Positions 35,601 through 48,789 of a stretch of 64,000 nt of DNA are shown piece by piece. How positions within the stretch are numbered: the first letter of the stretch is position 1; the number at the start of each line of letters is the position of its first letter. Source of the stretch: Octopus sinensis (taxonomy: Eukaryota); contig NC_043001.1 in the NCBI RefSeq assembly GCF_006345805.1, forward strand, positions 46,004,001-46,068,000, written 5' to 3'. The notes beneath the pieces were generated by a model. That model saw nothing but the letters and a program-made list of their open reading frames with translations, did not search any database and was not told the origin of the DNA. Made by a program: the position numbers and the translations under genes.

Positions 35601-35788
35601 TTTTAAAAACTACTAATATCAAGCAGTTATCTGTACTACATAATGGTATTAAAAAACAGTTTCATTATTTAGATGAAAAATAACTTTTCAAGAGAAATGA
35701 ATTAGTGAACTGTGTGTGTGTGTGTGTGTGTTTGTGTGTGTGTGCGTGCGTGTGTGTGTGCGTGTGCGCGCTCGCTTATGCGTGTGTT

Positions 35789-36141
35789 TCTCTTTTACTT
35801 GTTTCAGTCATTTGACTGCAGCCATGCTGGAGCACCACCTTTAGTCGAGCAATCGACCCCAGGACTTATTCTTTGTAAGCCTAGTACTTATTCTATCGGT
35901 CTCTTTTGCCGAACCGCTAAGTTACGGGGACGTAAACACACCACCATCGGTTGTCAAGCGATGTTGGGGGGACAAACATATACACACACATACATATATA
36001 CATATATACGACGGGCTTCGTTCAGTTTCCATCTACCAAATCCACTTACAAGACTCTTGCCCAAGGTCCTACGCAGTGGGACTGAACCTGGAACCATGTG
36101 GTTGGTAAGCAAGCTACTTACCACACAGCCACTCCTGCGCC
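35789..36141 (-). mobile_element. Composite SINE B/C, near full length
   Basis: Minus-strand head GGCGCAGGAGTGGCTGTGTGGTAAG; tail ACAAGTAAAAGAG. Confidence 0.9.
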
Positions 36142-37093
36142 TATGTATGTATAATTTCCATCTGAATATTTTCACTCGCCGCGATCTATAGTCAATCCCA
36201 GGTTACGCTAAAAGGCGCATGACAAGGTAGAATGGAACCGAATTCAAAGTCACTTCCTTAACCACGCAGCCAGGCAAACACCCATAGTTGTGAAGACATT
36301 TTATATTCTTCCCGTGCACACATTAGGAGAAATATAATAAATTAAAAGTAAATGTTATTCTCATTACATATTCAAGTTCGAAAGGTAGGTTGTCCTTGAT
36401 AGGTCAGCTATTGCATTCATAAATATTAATTTTTCTATGACCCATATTCATCACATAGAATGACGTCTTAGTCTATTATATTTCCGGTGAACGGAAATAA
36501 AAAGTAACAATTTGGAGTACAACAAAAAAGTCACAGGAAAAAATATCACATTTCATTTAGATACCGTAAATAATAGTTAAATTAAACAAATAAGTCGCTT
36601 ATTAACTGACAATACTTATATATAATGGTAAGGTAATTCTATATAACATTACACTATGTGGAAAAAGACATTATTACGTCCGGTAGACGCAATCGACGCA
36701 GTATTTAATTAAAATAGCCATCTATGTATCATACCTAAATGTATACACACTTTGAATAGGCAAATTACTGCAATATTTGTTCTGTGATAACATCTCTTAC
36801 GGACTCGCTGTGTTAAAGACACCATAAAGGGTGGGGGGAGAGAAAGAGAGAGAGAGGAAAATTCGTCACAGCGTTGACCAGGGAGAATACAATGTATATT
36901 TTGGCCTCAAGATAGTGTAATAATTAGCGCATAGTGTGTATACATTAGCAGTGATGTATATAGATGACTATTTTAATAATCACATTTTATTCATATCTTA
37001 ATTTTAAAAAAAGAACCCCCGCCACCAAATAATAATAATCATCATAATAATCATAAGTTCAAAAGTCCTGGCTCCCAATTTATTTTTACAGAA

Positions 37094-37480
37094 TCGTATG
37101 GCTGTGTGGTTTCAGTCCCCCTGCGTGACCCCAGGGGCAAGTGTCTTTTATTATAATCGAGGGCCGATCAAAGCCTTATGAGCGGGTTTCGTAGACAGAA
37201 ACTATGTAGAAGCCCGTCATGTACGAGTGTATGTATTTATGTAAGTATGCATGTTTGTATGTATGTTTGTATGTATATCTTTGTGTGTGTTCATGTTTGT
37301 GTAATGTTCGTCACCCCCAACGCAGCACTTGACAACCGGCGTTGGTTTGTTTACGTCTCCATGACTTAACGGTTCGGCTAAAGTGTCCGACAGAATAAGT
37401 AACCAGGTTTTAAAAACTAAATACTGAGGTTGAATTGTTCGACTAAATTCTTCAATACTGAAACAAACAAAAGATAAAAG
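37094..37480 (+). mobile_element. Composite SINE B/C (older copy)
   Basis: Head, CORE-like segment, microsatellite and tail recognisable but diverged. Confidence 0.75.
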
Positions 37481-37677
37481 AAGTAATTGCAAAGATAATT
37501 CTTCGAAAAATAACCGCAAACTACGCATCGTTATATTTCAAGTTTCTAAAGAAACGTTCATTTTCGTATCATCCACTTTTAAACATGTCACCCAACTTAA
37601 TAGGATTATAGCGAACACTTAATTTGACCATTCAATCTTCAACTAGGAAATGTTCTCATGTTTTCAACCTATTTTCA

Positions 37678-37679
37678 GC

Positions 37680-37735
<56 letters not shown>

Positions 37736-37753
37736 GTCTGTCTGTCTGTCTGC

Positions 37754-37816
<63 letters not shown>

Positions 37817-37855
37817 CCTACCTACCTACCTACCTACCTACCTACCTACCTATCT
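37678..37855. repeat. (TATC)n-(TGTC)n-(TACC)n microsatellite
   Basis: Directly visible. Confidence 0.95.
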
Positions 37856-38176
37856 CCCTTCTTCTCTTCGTCTGTCTGTGGAAATCCCTATCCCCAGAGA
37901 AGGCCATTTAAAAGATTGTTAAATTATTACATATCTTTTATCTTTGTTTACAGTTTATAAGTTTCAGTCATTAGATTGTGGATATATTGGAGCACCGCAT
38001 TAAATAATTATTATAGTCGAATGAATCGACTTCAGTGCTTGTTTTTCAAGCCTGGAACTCATTCTATCGGATGCCTTTGCTGAACCGCTAAGCGACAGGA
38101 GCATAAACACACCAACACCGGTCGTCAAACGATAGTTGGGGGACAAACACAAACACAAGGATACACACACTCACAC

Positions 38177-38222
<46 letters not shown>

Positions 38223-38249
38223 GCGCACGCACACACGCACACATACATA

Positions 38250-39330
38250 CAGGGGTTGGGAAAAATAATGGAAACGCCTTAAAATTTCAAACAAATTTCT
38301 TTTAATATGGGGTAGGACTACCTTTGGCAGGAATTACAGCTTGAATTCTACGAGATATGGACTCATACAAAGTTTGAATTGTTTCCAAAGGAATTTTTGT
38401 CCATTCTTCAGCTAAAACAGTCTCCAGTTCTTGCAGTGATGATGGTGGAGGATTTCGACTCCTTACTTGTTTTTCTAAAATGCACCATAATTGTCCGGTA
38501 ATATTGAGATCTGGGGACTGCGGTGGCCAGATAAGATGTTCAACTTCACTAGAATGTTCCTCGTGTCATTCAGTAACAATTTTAGCTGTGTGAATTGTTG
38601 CATTGTCATCCTGAAAGATTACGTTTCCCACCGGAAACAGTTCCGCAACCATAGGATGAATTTGATCAGATAAAATAAGTTGGAAGAAGGCAGTCTAGGT
38701 CAAATGCTTCTTTTGGCTGTCTCTACACGTATACTCGGCCGGTGGTCGGAAATAAGGTAGAGGATGACTCGTCTGAGAAAATAACATTCTTCCACTGCTC
38801 TAGGGACCAATTCTCCACTCTAAACTCTTTGCAACGTTTGTTTTTGAAAGTAGTGGTTTTCTGATTTTAGCCCTCCCGTGAAATCCGGTTTTGTGCACCT
38901 CCCGGCGAAGTTTTTGTGGAAACTGGGTTCTCGAGGTTGTCATTAAGCTCAGCAGTAATTTTCGGAGCTGCACTTTTGTGATCCTTTCTAACAATGTTTT
39001 TCCTCTTTCTCAAAGGCTGCCATTACTTTCGAGACAGTACTTCTTGATACACCAAATATTTCGGCTGTTTTCCTTACACTAGCTTCTGCCATACGAGCAC
39101 AAACAATTTGACTTCTTTGAAAGTCCGATAGATCTGTCATTTTAATGAATTTTAATTACCTTTTTCTGATGATATCTGAAAAGAAACAGCAATTTTAGCA
39201 AAACATATTGTGCAACACTAATAATAAATAAAAAAAACATAAAACTAAACAAGCTTTTAACGGTTTTATAGATATTTCAAAATTATGATGCTATGATGCT
39301 AGGTATTTCCATTATTTTGTCCAACCCTTG
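38250..39330 (-). mobile_element. Tc1-family transposon, internally decayed
   Basis: TA-flanked TIRs CAGGGGTTGGGAAAAATAATGGAAA / TTTCCATTATTTTGTCCAACCCTTG. Minus frames give RREVHKTGFHGRAKIRKPLLSKTNVAK, a QDDN-like segment, HLIWPPQSPDLNITGQLW and ELETVLAEEWTKIP...IQAVIPAKGSPTPY. Confidence 0.92.
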
Positions 39331-39634
39331 TATGTATGTATGTGTGTATGTGTGTATGTATGTATGTATGTATGTATGTATGTATGTATGTATGTATACA
39401 TATAAGCACACAGAAACAATAATTATCCGTAAATTTTAACACTTGTCAAGGGAAGCAAAATTTGGATTAAATTTCTCAGTGTATTTTTTAAGGTTTGTCA
39501 AAATAATGTTAAAGTCAAAGGATTTCCCACATATTTCACAATGAGAGATTTTTAATAGTTTACGAATTCATCACGAAAGTTTTCCTAGACACTTTACAGC
39601 GAAACAGTTCTGTGTTTTGTTAAAATATCATTAT

Positions 39635-39809
39635 GGAGTGGCTGTGTGGTAAGTAGCTTGCTAACCAACCACATGGTTCCGGGTTCAGTCCCACTGCGTG
39701 GCACCTTGGGCAAGTGTCTTCTGCTATAGCCCCGGGCCGACCAATGCCTTGTGAGTGGATTTGGTAGACGGAAACTGAAAGAAGCCTGTCGTATATATGT
39801 ATATATATA

Positions 39810-39845
<36 letters not shown>

Positions 39846-40004
39846 TGTTTGTCCCCCTAGCATTGCTTGACAACCGATGCTGGTGTGCTTATGTCCCCGT
39901 TACTTGGCGGTTCGGCAAAAGAGACCGATAGAATAAGTACTAAAGGCGGTGCCCCAGCATGGCCGCAGTCAAAATGACTGAAACAAGTAAAAGAGAAAAA
40001 GAGA
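39635..40004 (+). mobile_element. Composite SINE B/C with an internal deletion
   Basis: GGAGTGGCTGTGTGGTAAGTAGCTTGC head through GAAACAAGTAAAAGAG tail. Confidence 0.9.
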
Positions 40005-40943
40005 AATACACAAAATATTATCGACACATTTCGCTGTGGCAAGGTTTCCGCTATTGTGTATTTCTTTGCGCGTAAAATACTCCATATTCCTAAGAGAACT
40101 CTTTTCCGACGTCGTGTTTCCACCATGTTAATATGCGGTTTAGTGTCGTTGAAAAAAAGTGTAAGTACATTACGCCGGAAGTGACAATAGTTAATCCTCG
40201 TAATTTCATAAATACATACATCGAAAATATCACCAAGCAAAGTGGTATAAAAGGTATTGGGTGTTTGGTATGAAAGTGACACAGGAAAATGCTGTCTGAT
40301 TGAGATCTATCGTTCATTCAAATTATTATGGTCCATTATAATGCAAAAAATATATTCCGAGGACGTGTTTGATATCCGACTGGTAGGCTTCCCGTGTTTA
40401 GGTCACATATATAACTGTGAATCATCTCTATATATATATTATAGAAGATGTCCGTCTGCTTATTTGTCTGTCTGTGTAACTATGCCTTTTTACATTTTAC
40501 AACCGATTTGCACCAAATTTTATACATAGGTTTCTGAAGTCCTATTATGCATCGTAGGCTATTTTACTTTTCCGTACATCGATTGTGGGGCCCCACAGGT
40601 GCAGATAACCCCTTAAGTTCTCTCTTGGAGTCAGCAATATTACTGCATAAACGCCCCAGAATTTCTGCAGTTTGCCTCCTGTCTTCACAAAATTAATCTT
40701 TTGTTTGCTTATGGCCTACAAATAAAGTTGCAGGCATGCACTTGCGCAGAAATTCAGATGGGGAATCCCTTGGGGGCAGTAAACCGATTTTGATGAATGC
40801 TGATATCATCAATGCAACAAAATGTCATAACTGCTTGAGTTTGGCGTTTGGTTTTCACGAAACGAGACGTATTGATTACCCATGGCTCACAGAGAAAGGT
40901 GAACACATGAACTTTTATTTGAACTTATCAAAGCGAGAGGGAG

Positions 40944-40984
<41 letters not shown>

Positions 40985-41225
40985 ATAATTCGTCATAGCA
41001 TTGAACAGCGAGAATACATATACATTTTGGCCTCAAGATAGTGTCGTAATTAGCACTTATGTTCCAGAGATGGTTTTAGACTCTTAATTTTTTTCACATA
41101 TTGAGTAATGGGGTTCCTAGGGGCAGAACCCCCCCTTTCCTGGGTAAACAATAGGAACGATCGCAAAACTTAGTTGCTACGTTGGTTGAATGGACATTAC
41201 ACTTGATGACGTGTTTATGTTAATT

Positions 41226-41258
41226 TCTCTACCTCTCTCTCTATATATAAAACTGAGG

Positions 41259-41306
<48 letters not shown>

Positions 41307-42584
41307 TGTGTTTGTGTGTGTGTGTGTGCGTATGTGGAACATACATATGTTCCAAAGATGCTTTTAGACTCTTAAAATTTTTCACATAATGAGTAATGGG
41401 GCCCGTGGGGGCAGAAAACCCTTTATCCTGGGGTACGCATTGCTTCTGTTCAAATTGGAAAAAACAGCTACTGAAATGATATAAGTATGTTGTATTAAAT
41501 GGATGAACCGATGTAGACTTCAGAATGTGTTGTCTAAGTGGTAGCAATAATAATCTGTTCCTGGATTAACATAGGTAACAATTTTTGAGAATAAAAACCG
41601 TTTGGAACGCACTATATTTATTATGAAAAATATGGTAAAATATGTTAAACCCTGAGTAACTATTCAACCATTTTCTTTCAGCTTCAGTATCAAAGTCTTC
41701 TTTCTAAACATAGACGAAACCTATACAAATATTCTTCAGCTATTGATTACAGACCGAAATATTGCATGTACATAAACCTACTAATTTATGGTGTCTAAGA
41801 CCCAACCACGTTAATTAGAGACTGTGTCTTTCATGTGACCTTGCGTGCCCGGACGCTGCATGCAGAATTGTTTTCGTTTGGGAGCAGAGTTGTCCTCATA
41901 ATGGTCGCACGCTGTTTACGCGAAGGAGTGCACGGTTGAGCTACGACTATTGATTCCCAATCACGTCAGCAACCCAACGTCACGTGATCCATTTTTGTTA
42001 GAGACCGTGTCCGTAATGTAACCTTGCTTACCTCGAAGCTGCATGCAGAATTGTTTTCGTTTTGGACTTAAGTTGTCCTCACTATGGTCGCACGTTGTTT
42101 ACGCGAAGGAGTGTATGATTGAGCCACAACTATTGATTCCAAACCGAAATACTACATGGCAATGTTGTTTTCAAGCGCTTCCTTGCCAATCCTACCCCTT
42201 ACAACGCCATTTCTTTCATGCAGATGTCTGTCATGTGGTGCTGTTGAGTGCGCCCACAGGTTTAATTTATCACACAGATGTAGTTCCTAAGTCTGCTGAT
42301 TGTTTAGCATGGTAGCGGCAGCGCCGACACCCGCAAAGGAGAGTATATCTACTGAGAGCTTTTTGGTGCGTTCAATAATCACAGACCCCCAACCCACTTT
42401 TCCATGACAATGTTAAGGCCTGGATCTTCCAAACAGACGTATGACATGTCACTCAACTGAATTAACCCTTCATTTATTCCACAAAACTTTTGTCGTCAAT
42501 GCTACACTTCCTCGTATCACTAACTGTACCATACATACAAACTATGCGATTTAAATCCCGAGCAACGCCGGATATGTCTGCTAG
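41226..42584 (+). mobile_element. ~1.35-kb non-autonomous Helitron-like element with an internal (TG)n and 183-bp tandem repeats
   Basis: 5' TCTC...CTATATATAAAACTGAGG (start approximate); 3' CCCGAGCAACGCCGG...CTAG|T; repeat units start at 41817 and 42000. Confidence 0.65.
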
Positions 42585-42890
42585 TCTACTATAATTAAAA
42601 TGAATTTAGATGAATAGTGTAGCATAATTACGCAATTATGAAATTAGAGATGTTTATTCCTAATGAAGCAGCTGTTGAATGTATCTGTGAAAGTTATGCC
42701 TTTCTGTTTTTTTTATGGTAAATATAAGTTGTTCTTAAAGTTGTTAAGGGCGCATTATTTTATGTTGCTCCAGTTTATTCCACTGAAAATGAGTACCAGC
42801 ACAGTGCTGCTTTAGTCCTCTCTCCCCAGCTGTCACCTCATGGATATTCCGCTAGGTGTACCGGGAGGGCGTCAATGTCTGCTCATGACT

Positions 42891-43035
<145 letters not shown>

Positions 43036-43109
43036 ATAATTAATTAAAAAACGGAGAAAAGGGACAAGAAAAAAAAAAACAACTCGAGGGCGTGGTACAT
43101 GGAAAGTAT

Positions 43110-44405
43110 GGATGTATTCAGTTTGACTCACATATTTTTTTAATGAATTTTTTTAACTAAACAGTTTGAAACTTCGTATACTAGTGTAGTTTCTTGCTCT
43201 GAACATTTTTGACAAAATTTCGTATTTTAAAAGTTATTTTGTGTTAAAGATGTAGTATTTGGGTAATTTTAACCAATCAATGACGTGTATTCAGTCGAAG
43301 ACAGCTACTGCTGTTTGCGCTAGTAATCGAAGAGGAACAATTTCCGGGTCATCTCTACTAATGTCACCACTCTGTTCTATTTTATTTTTTGTTTACTGCC
43401 TGTGTTGCATATTACACGTTTTTTTTGCTTGGTTCTCGCATCGGAATAACCAGTAAACATTGAAAATCAACACCAAGAAGGAAGAAATATTATTTACATA
43501 TATTTATTCGTTTGCCCGACATCAGTATTTAAGCCGTAGGACCGACGTTTGGGGAAAAATTTTGGTTTTATCCACGCATAAAGCGCACCAGTGTTTAAAA
43601 GACCTTCAAAGCTAAGGGTCCGCAGGAAATCTTTTGTTGTTGACATGTATGTAGTTTCAAAATGCCTTATTTTACAATTATGAGCTGTATTGTTATTGTT
43701 ATAATCAACAACAAACACATTTCGTCAATATAAAAGTATTAGATTAAAAATAACATTATCAAAACATGAAGGTAGAACGAAACAAATATGCTTTGTTTTC
43801 TTCCAGACACAATGTACTGTAGCCGTAGTCTTTCACGTTGTTCACCAACCGACCTTTCCTCTGAAAAAAATCAGTGGAATCAGTCGATCTCCATACACAA
43901 ATTATTTTCCTCCTAAAACTTGTAAAAAAGTATACATATTAGGTGCACCTTTCTATAAGCCGCACACTAAATTCTCCAGGTAAAAAATACCGGCTTATAC
44001 ACCGGAAAACACGGTAATAGTAGTGGTAGTGACAAATTCGCTCGCTGGTTGGTAGTTGATAGTGTAGAAGTGGCTGTCTGCCAGTAGAGAGGAAAGAGTA
44101 AGGAATGCACGAGAACAGAGTGATGACATTTAGTAGAGATGACCCGGAAGTTGTTCCTCTTCGATTATTATTGCAAACAGCAGCAGCTTTCTTCGACTGA
44201 ATACACATCGTTGATTGGTTAATATTACCCAAATACGACAACTTTACCACGAAATAACTTCTAAAATACGAAATTTTGTCAAAAATGTTCAAAGTAAACC
44301 GTGTTCTGCGTGCGAGAGAAATTACACCAGTACAAAATACGAAGTTTCAAACTGTTTAATTTAAAAAAATTAATTAAAAAATCTGTGAGCCAAACTGAAC
44401 AATCC
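43110..44405. mobile_element. 1.3-kb Merlin-type non-autonomous element with ~280-bp inverted arms
   Basis: Termini GGATGTATTCAGTTTGACTCACA / TGTGAGCCAAACTGAACAATCC; 8-bp TSD GAAAGTAT/CAAAGTAT; arms ~43110-43385 and ~44110-44405; shares AAACTTCGTATAC and TTTTAACCAATCA motifs with family M1. Confidence 0.82.
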
Positions 44406-45039
44406 CAAAGTATCAATAAGACGCTCAGAGAAGGAAAGAAACGATGGTTGTTTTACGTTTCGAGCAAAGCTCTTCTTCAGAAACAGGAGACATAGGAAGC
44501 TCCAAAAGAAAAGGAAGAAGGAGGAAAAATATTGCCAACAGTCCACATGTATATACATTGTATATATATATATATATGTGGTGTGTGTGTGTGTGTTTGT
44601 TTGTGTGTGTGTATGTATGTATGTATGTATATATATGCTATACACGCGCGCGTACACATACACATACATCTATATGGACCTCCCCGCTTCTTACAACAGA
44701 ACGCTACTTCAACCTACACACACGCGCGCACACACATACACAGGTAAGCTTCTTTCAGTTTCCGCAAACCAAATCTACTCACAAGATTTTGGTGAACCGG
44801 AGGCTTCAGTAGAAGACGCTTTCCCAAAATGCCACGCAAGTGGACTGAACCCAGAACCATGTGGTTGGGAAACAAGCTTCTTACCACACACCCACGCTTG
44901 CACACACACACACACACACGCACATCAGTGTCAGCTCTACCTGTGCTTTCGCATATTGGGTAGCAAGTGAGTGATATTGGTTTCTATTGGGTGCGATTTT
45001 TTCTAAATTCACCTAAGTGATATTGACTTCCTTTACGTC

Positions 45040-45300
45040 ACTTATGAATGTTCTGCGCCGCGGGGTTTTCGGTCTTTCTATTTTTCTCCCCCTCCAACCC
45101 CCGGCGGTGTTCGTTTGAAAGCTGTTTTAGAATGGCATTATTCTGCCAACCGGAGTTTGAGACCTGCTACAATTTCGCTTGTGGTCTTGTGTTGTTGGCC
45201 CTCTTTAAAATGTCTTCATCGGTTATGTGTTCTTACCAGTATGTTCATAGAATCTTCCTCAATCATCTTTGTTGGAACACAGCAAACCTTCTGCTGATTT
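45040..45300 (-). mobile_element. RTE LINE 3' fragment (decayed)
   Basis: Minus frames give LRKIL*TYW*EHITDEDILKRAN and KRTPPG...RKPRG, resembling the RTE C-terminus. Confidence 0.6.
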
Positions 45301-45343
45301 TTTTATAATGCTCTTCTACGTCTCACTGGCATACATATTCACA

Positions 45344-45390
<47 letters not shown>

Positions 45391-46078
45391 TACACACAGA
45401 CACACAAACACACACACGTGCATATATATATATATATCTTACAAAGAATATAAACATTATGCTTCAAATGTTGCATTTATGCGGCATTACTCTGATAGTT
45501 TTTCAAGAAATTAAACGCCAACTGTGACGTCTGAGCAACGCCGGATATCCTGTTAATTACTACTAGTTTCTACAGTCAGCTGAAGTAAAAATTACCCCAA
45601 TCGTTAGAAGCAAATATACATACGCATACAAACACACGTGCACGCACGCACATACACACACATGCACATACATACACATTATAATGCGCACACACATTTC
45701 TGACCCTGTAATAATACTGACCAAAAACACAAAATGCAATATTTACATTATAGAGCAGAATTCAGCACACTGGATCAAGATGTTTGCGTTTACTTATATA
45801 TATATGAAAGTTAAAAGAGTTGTAAATATCGTGCATCTGTATCATCAAAATAATAAGAGTATACTGATTTATATACGTTGAGTTCCAGGAAAAAAAAATT
45901 AGTATTTGTTTAAGGAATTGGCAATCATTTGTCTTTTTACGTGCAGCAAATTTTGGCACAAGGCCAGCAACTTCGGAGGAGTGGGTAAGTCGATTAAGAT
46001 TGACTCCAGTGTTCGTGGTACTTTTATATATAATATATATATATATGTATGCATGTATGTGTGTATATGTATATGTGC

Positions 46079-46125
<47 letters not shown>

Positions 46126-46128
<3 letters not shown>

Positions 46129-47004
46129 TGTGCGATGGGTAAATTGTCGCCATTTTATAATTTTAATTTCGCTCATGCGCATTGTTTCGTTTTGATTTTG
46201 TCGACTACTCAGTATAGTAGGTTCAACTGAGCACCGTCTGTGAGAAAAACAGCACCATGACGCAATTCACTCTGCCAAAAAATTGAAAACGGCATGCTGT
46301 ACTGCTTGGCATTCGCGCCGGAAGCTCCATACGAACATTTTAGTGCTTGGGCGTCAATCCCAAGACAGTGCAGTCTGAGCACATGTACCGAGAGTAATAG
46401 AAATCAAACATCCAGTCAACATCATGGTGTTTGGAGTGATCACTAGTGATGGCGACGTTATGCCTCCATTCATCTTCCCACACGGCCTCACACTGGACAC
46501 GGAGGCCTGCATCAAGTGTCTGAAGAAGGTAGTGTTGCCCTGGGTCAAGAGGGTGGTTACTGGAAGATCTTGTGTCTGGCTACAGGTCTCTGCATCATGC
46601 CACACAAACCGGAGAACCCCGTCAAAGCTGTCAGACAATTTCTGCGATCACATCACCCCTAACACCTGGTCACCTCATTCCGCAGACTGCCGCCCCCTTG
46701 ATTATGAGTGGGGCGCAGTTGAGTGAGAGACTAACAAAACTCCTTGTAATACCAAAGATGAACTGAAGTCAAGGGTTATTACAGCATTCACCAGCTTAAA
46801 TAAGGAGACCGTCTAGAAGAGTTGTAGGAGATTCCGAAGTCCTCTGGAGACCGTGGTTGAAGCCAATGGCGATTTTTTTGAATAAAGTTACTCTTTAGTA
46901 TTTCAAGATATTTTTATGCAATTTTGGTAAATATATCTGTTGAAATGAGATGTGCTATTTTCATTTTTGCGTAATTTATATGACTGTTTATTCATCGCAC
47001 CCTG
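46126..47004 (+). mobile_element. maT-like (DD37D-type) transposon with an internal deletion
   Basis: TIR-like ends CAGTGTGCGATG / CATCGCACCCTG; KHPVNIMVFGVITSDGDVMPPFIFPHG...WSPHSADCRPLDY.WGAVE...EANGDFFE* resembles a maT transposase C-terminal half. Confidence 0.85.
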
Positions 47005-47084
<80 letters not shown>

Positions 47085-47090
47085 TGTATG

Positions 47091-47963
47091 TACATATATG
47101 TGTGTATATACATGTGTGTATGAATGCATGTATGCATTCATGCATATGCATATATGTGCATACTTGTATGTGTACGTGAATGTATGTATCTATTAAGTAT
47201 GTGTATGCATGTATGTATGTTCGTATGTATGCATCTATGTATGTATGTATCTATGTATGTATGCATATATGTATCAATCATCATGTGCAGTCGAATCGAA
47301 CAGATAGCGAAGTTAAATTCAGACATCCGATATAACACACGCGCGCGCGCACACATACACACACACACGTCCATACACGCCATTTATCTTAACTCTTCGG
47401 AGAGCGAGATGTCGATGATAATAATCATAACGACGGCAACGAGGATAATAACGGTAACATAACCGCGTGTAACAATGATATCCTTATTTTACTAACGGTG
47501 TACGTTAAACGGACTTCAAGTCTTATCATAAAAGATGCTGATGTTATTACACTGGAACATTAAACTCTTGATAATGATGATAGTTGAAGGTGATGATGAA
47601 GAGGGGGAAATTACGGCTGCTGCTGGCGATGAAGATGAAAATGGCGACGGTGGCGGCGTGTCAGTGGTGCTGGTGGCTGGTGGCTGGTTGGTTAGCTGCA
47701 TGTAATGAGAAGTCTGATATTTACTATTGCAATGATGATAATTACGGTCGTAACAATTATAGTATTTATATTCTGACGTACAGGGTAACATCCGTAAGTC
47801 ACGCTAGATGGCCAGATTAATCACTGATGCGATAACGTTCTGTGTGTTTGTCTGCGTGATTACATGCATATGTGTGTGTATACATGTGCATGTATGTATG
47901 AGTGCATGCATACCTATGTATGTATATATGTATGTATGTATACGTGTGCGTGTATATATATGC

Positions 47964-48041
<78 letters not shown>

Positions 48042-48102
48042 ATATATATATACATATATGTGTGTGTGTGTGTGTGTGTGTATACATATATATGTATATA
48101 TA

Positions 48103-48144
<42 letters not shown>

Positions 48145-48175
48145 TATATATAATATATATATATATATATAATAT

Positions 48176-48225
<50 letters not shown>

Positions 48226-48337
48226 TGTGTGTATATACATGTGTGTATGAATGCATGTATGCATTCATGCATATGCATATATGTGCATACTTGTATGTGT
48301 ACGTGAATGTATGTATCTATTAAGTATGTGTATGCAT
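47091..48337. repeat. Exact 120-bp direct repeat (47091-47210 and 48218-48337)
   Basis: Base-by-base identical by manual comparison. Confidence 0.9.
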
Positions 48338-48352
48338 ATATATATATAGTAT

Positions 48353-48632
48353 GTATAAATCGCAGCATGTGTGTGTATAATGACTAGCGCATACATTTCC
48401 ACAATTCTCAACCGATTTTCACCAAACTTTACGCACACATTACTTATGTCCCAAGGACTGTCGTGCACTATAACAGTAGAAATAAATATTTATTTATTTC
48501 TACTGTCCACCTATATAAATCACAGTATGTGTGTATAATGACTAACGCATACATTTCCACATTTCTCAACTGATTTTCACCAAACTTTACACACACATTA
48601 CTTATGTCCCAACGATAGTCATGCATTATAGC
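48353..48632 (+). repeat. ~160-bp-period tandem duplication of a Helitron-5'-like segment, with a 34-bp palindrome between units
   Basis: 48353-48475 resembles 48513-48632; ACAGTAGAAATAAATA-TT-TATTTATTTCTACTGT at 48473-48506. Confidence 0.75.
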
Positions 48633-48789
48633 ACTTTACCCAGAGCCCCCACGTAATTAAACATAAATGGACATAGTTGTTTTGTATGTAGGGTCTTCCA
48701 TACTTTTTAATATCTTTTTATAAAAGTGAAAGGATTTTGTCCAAGAAACTGGAACATTTCTGCATCTTTTGCTTTCTGTAAGCAGTGTA

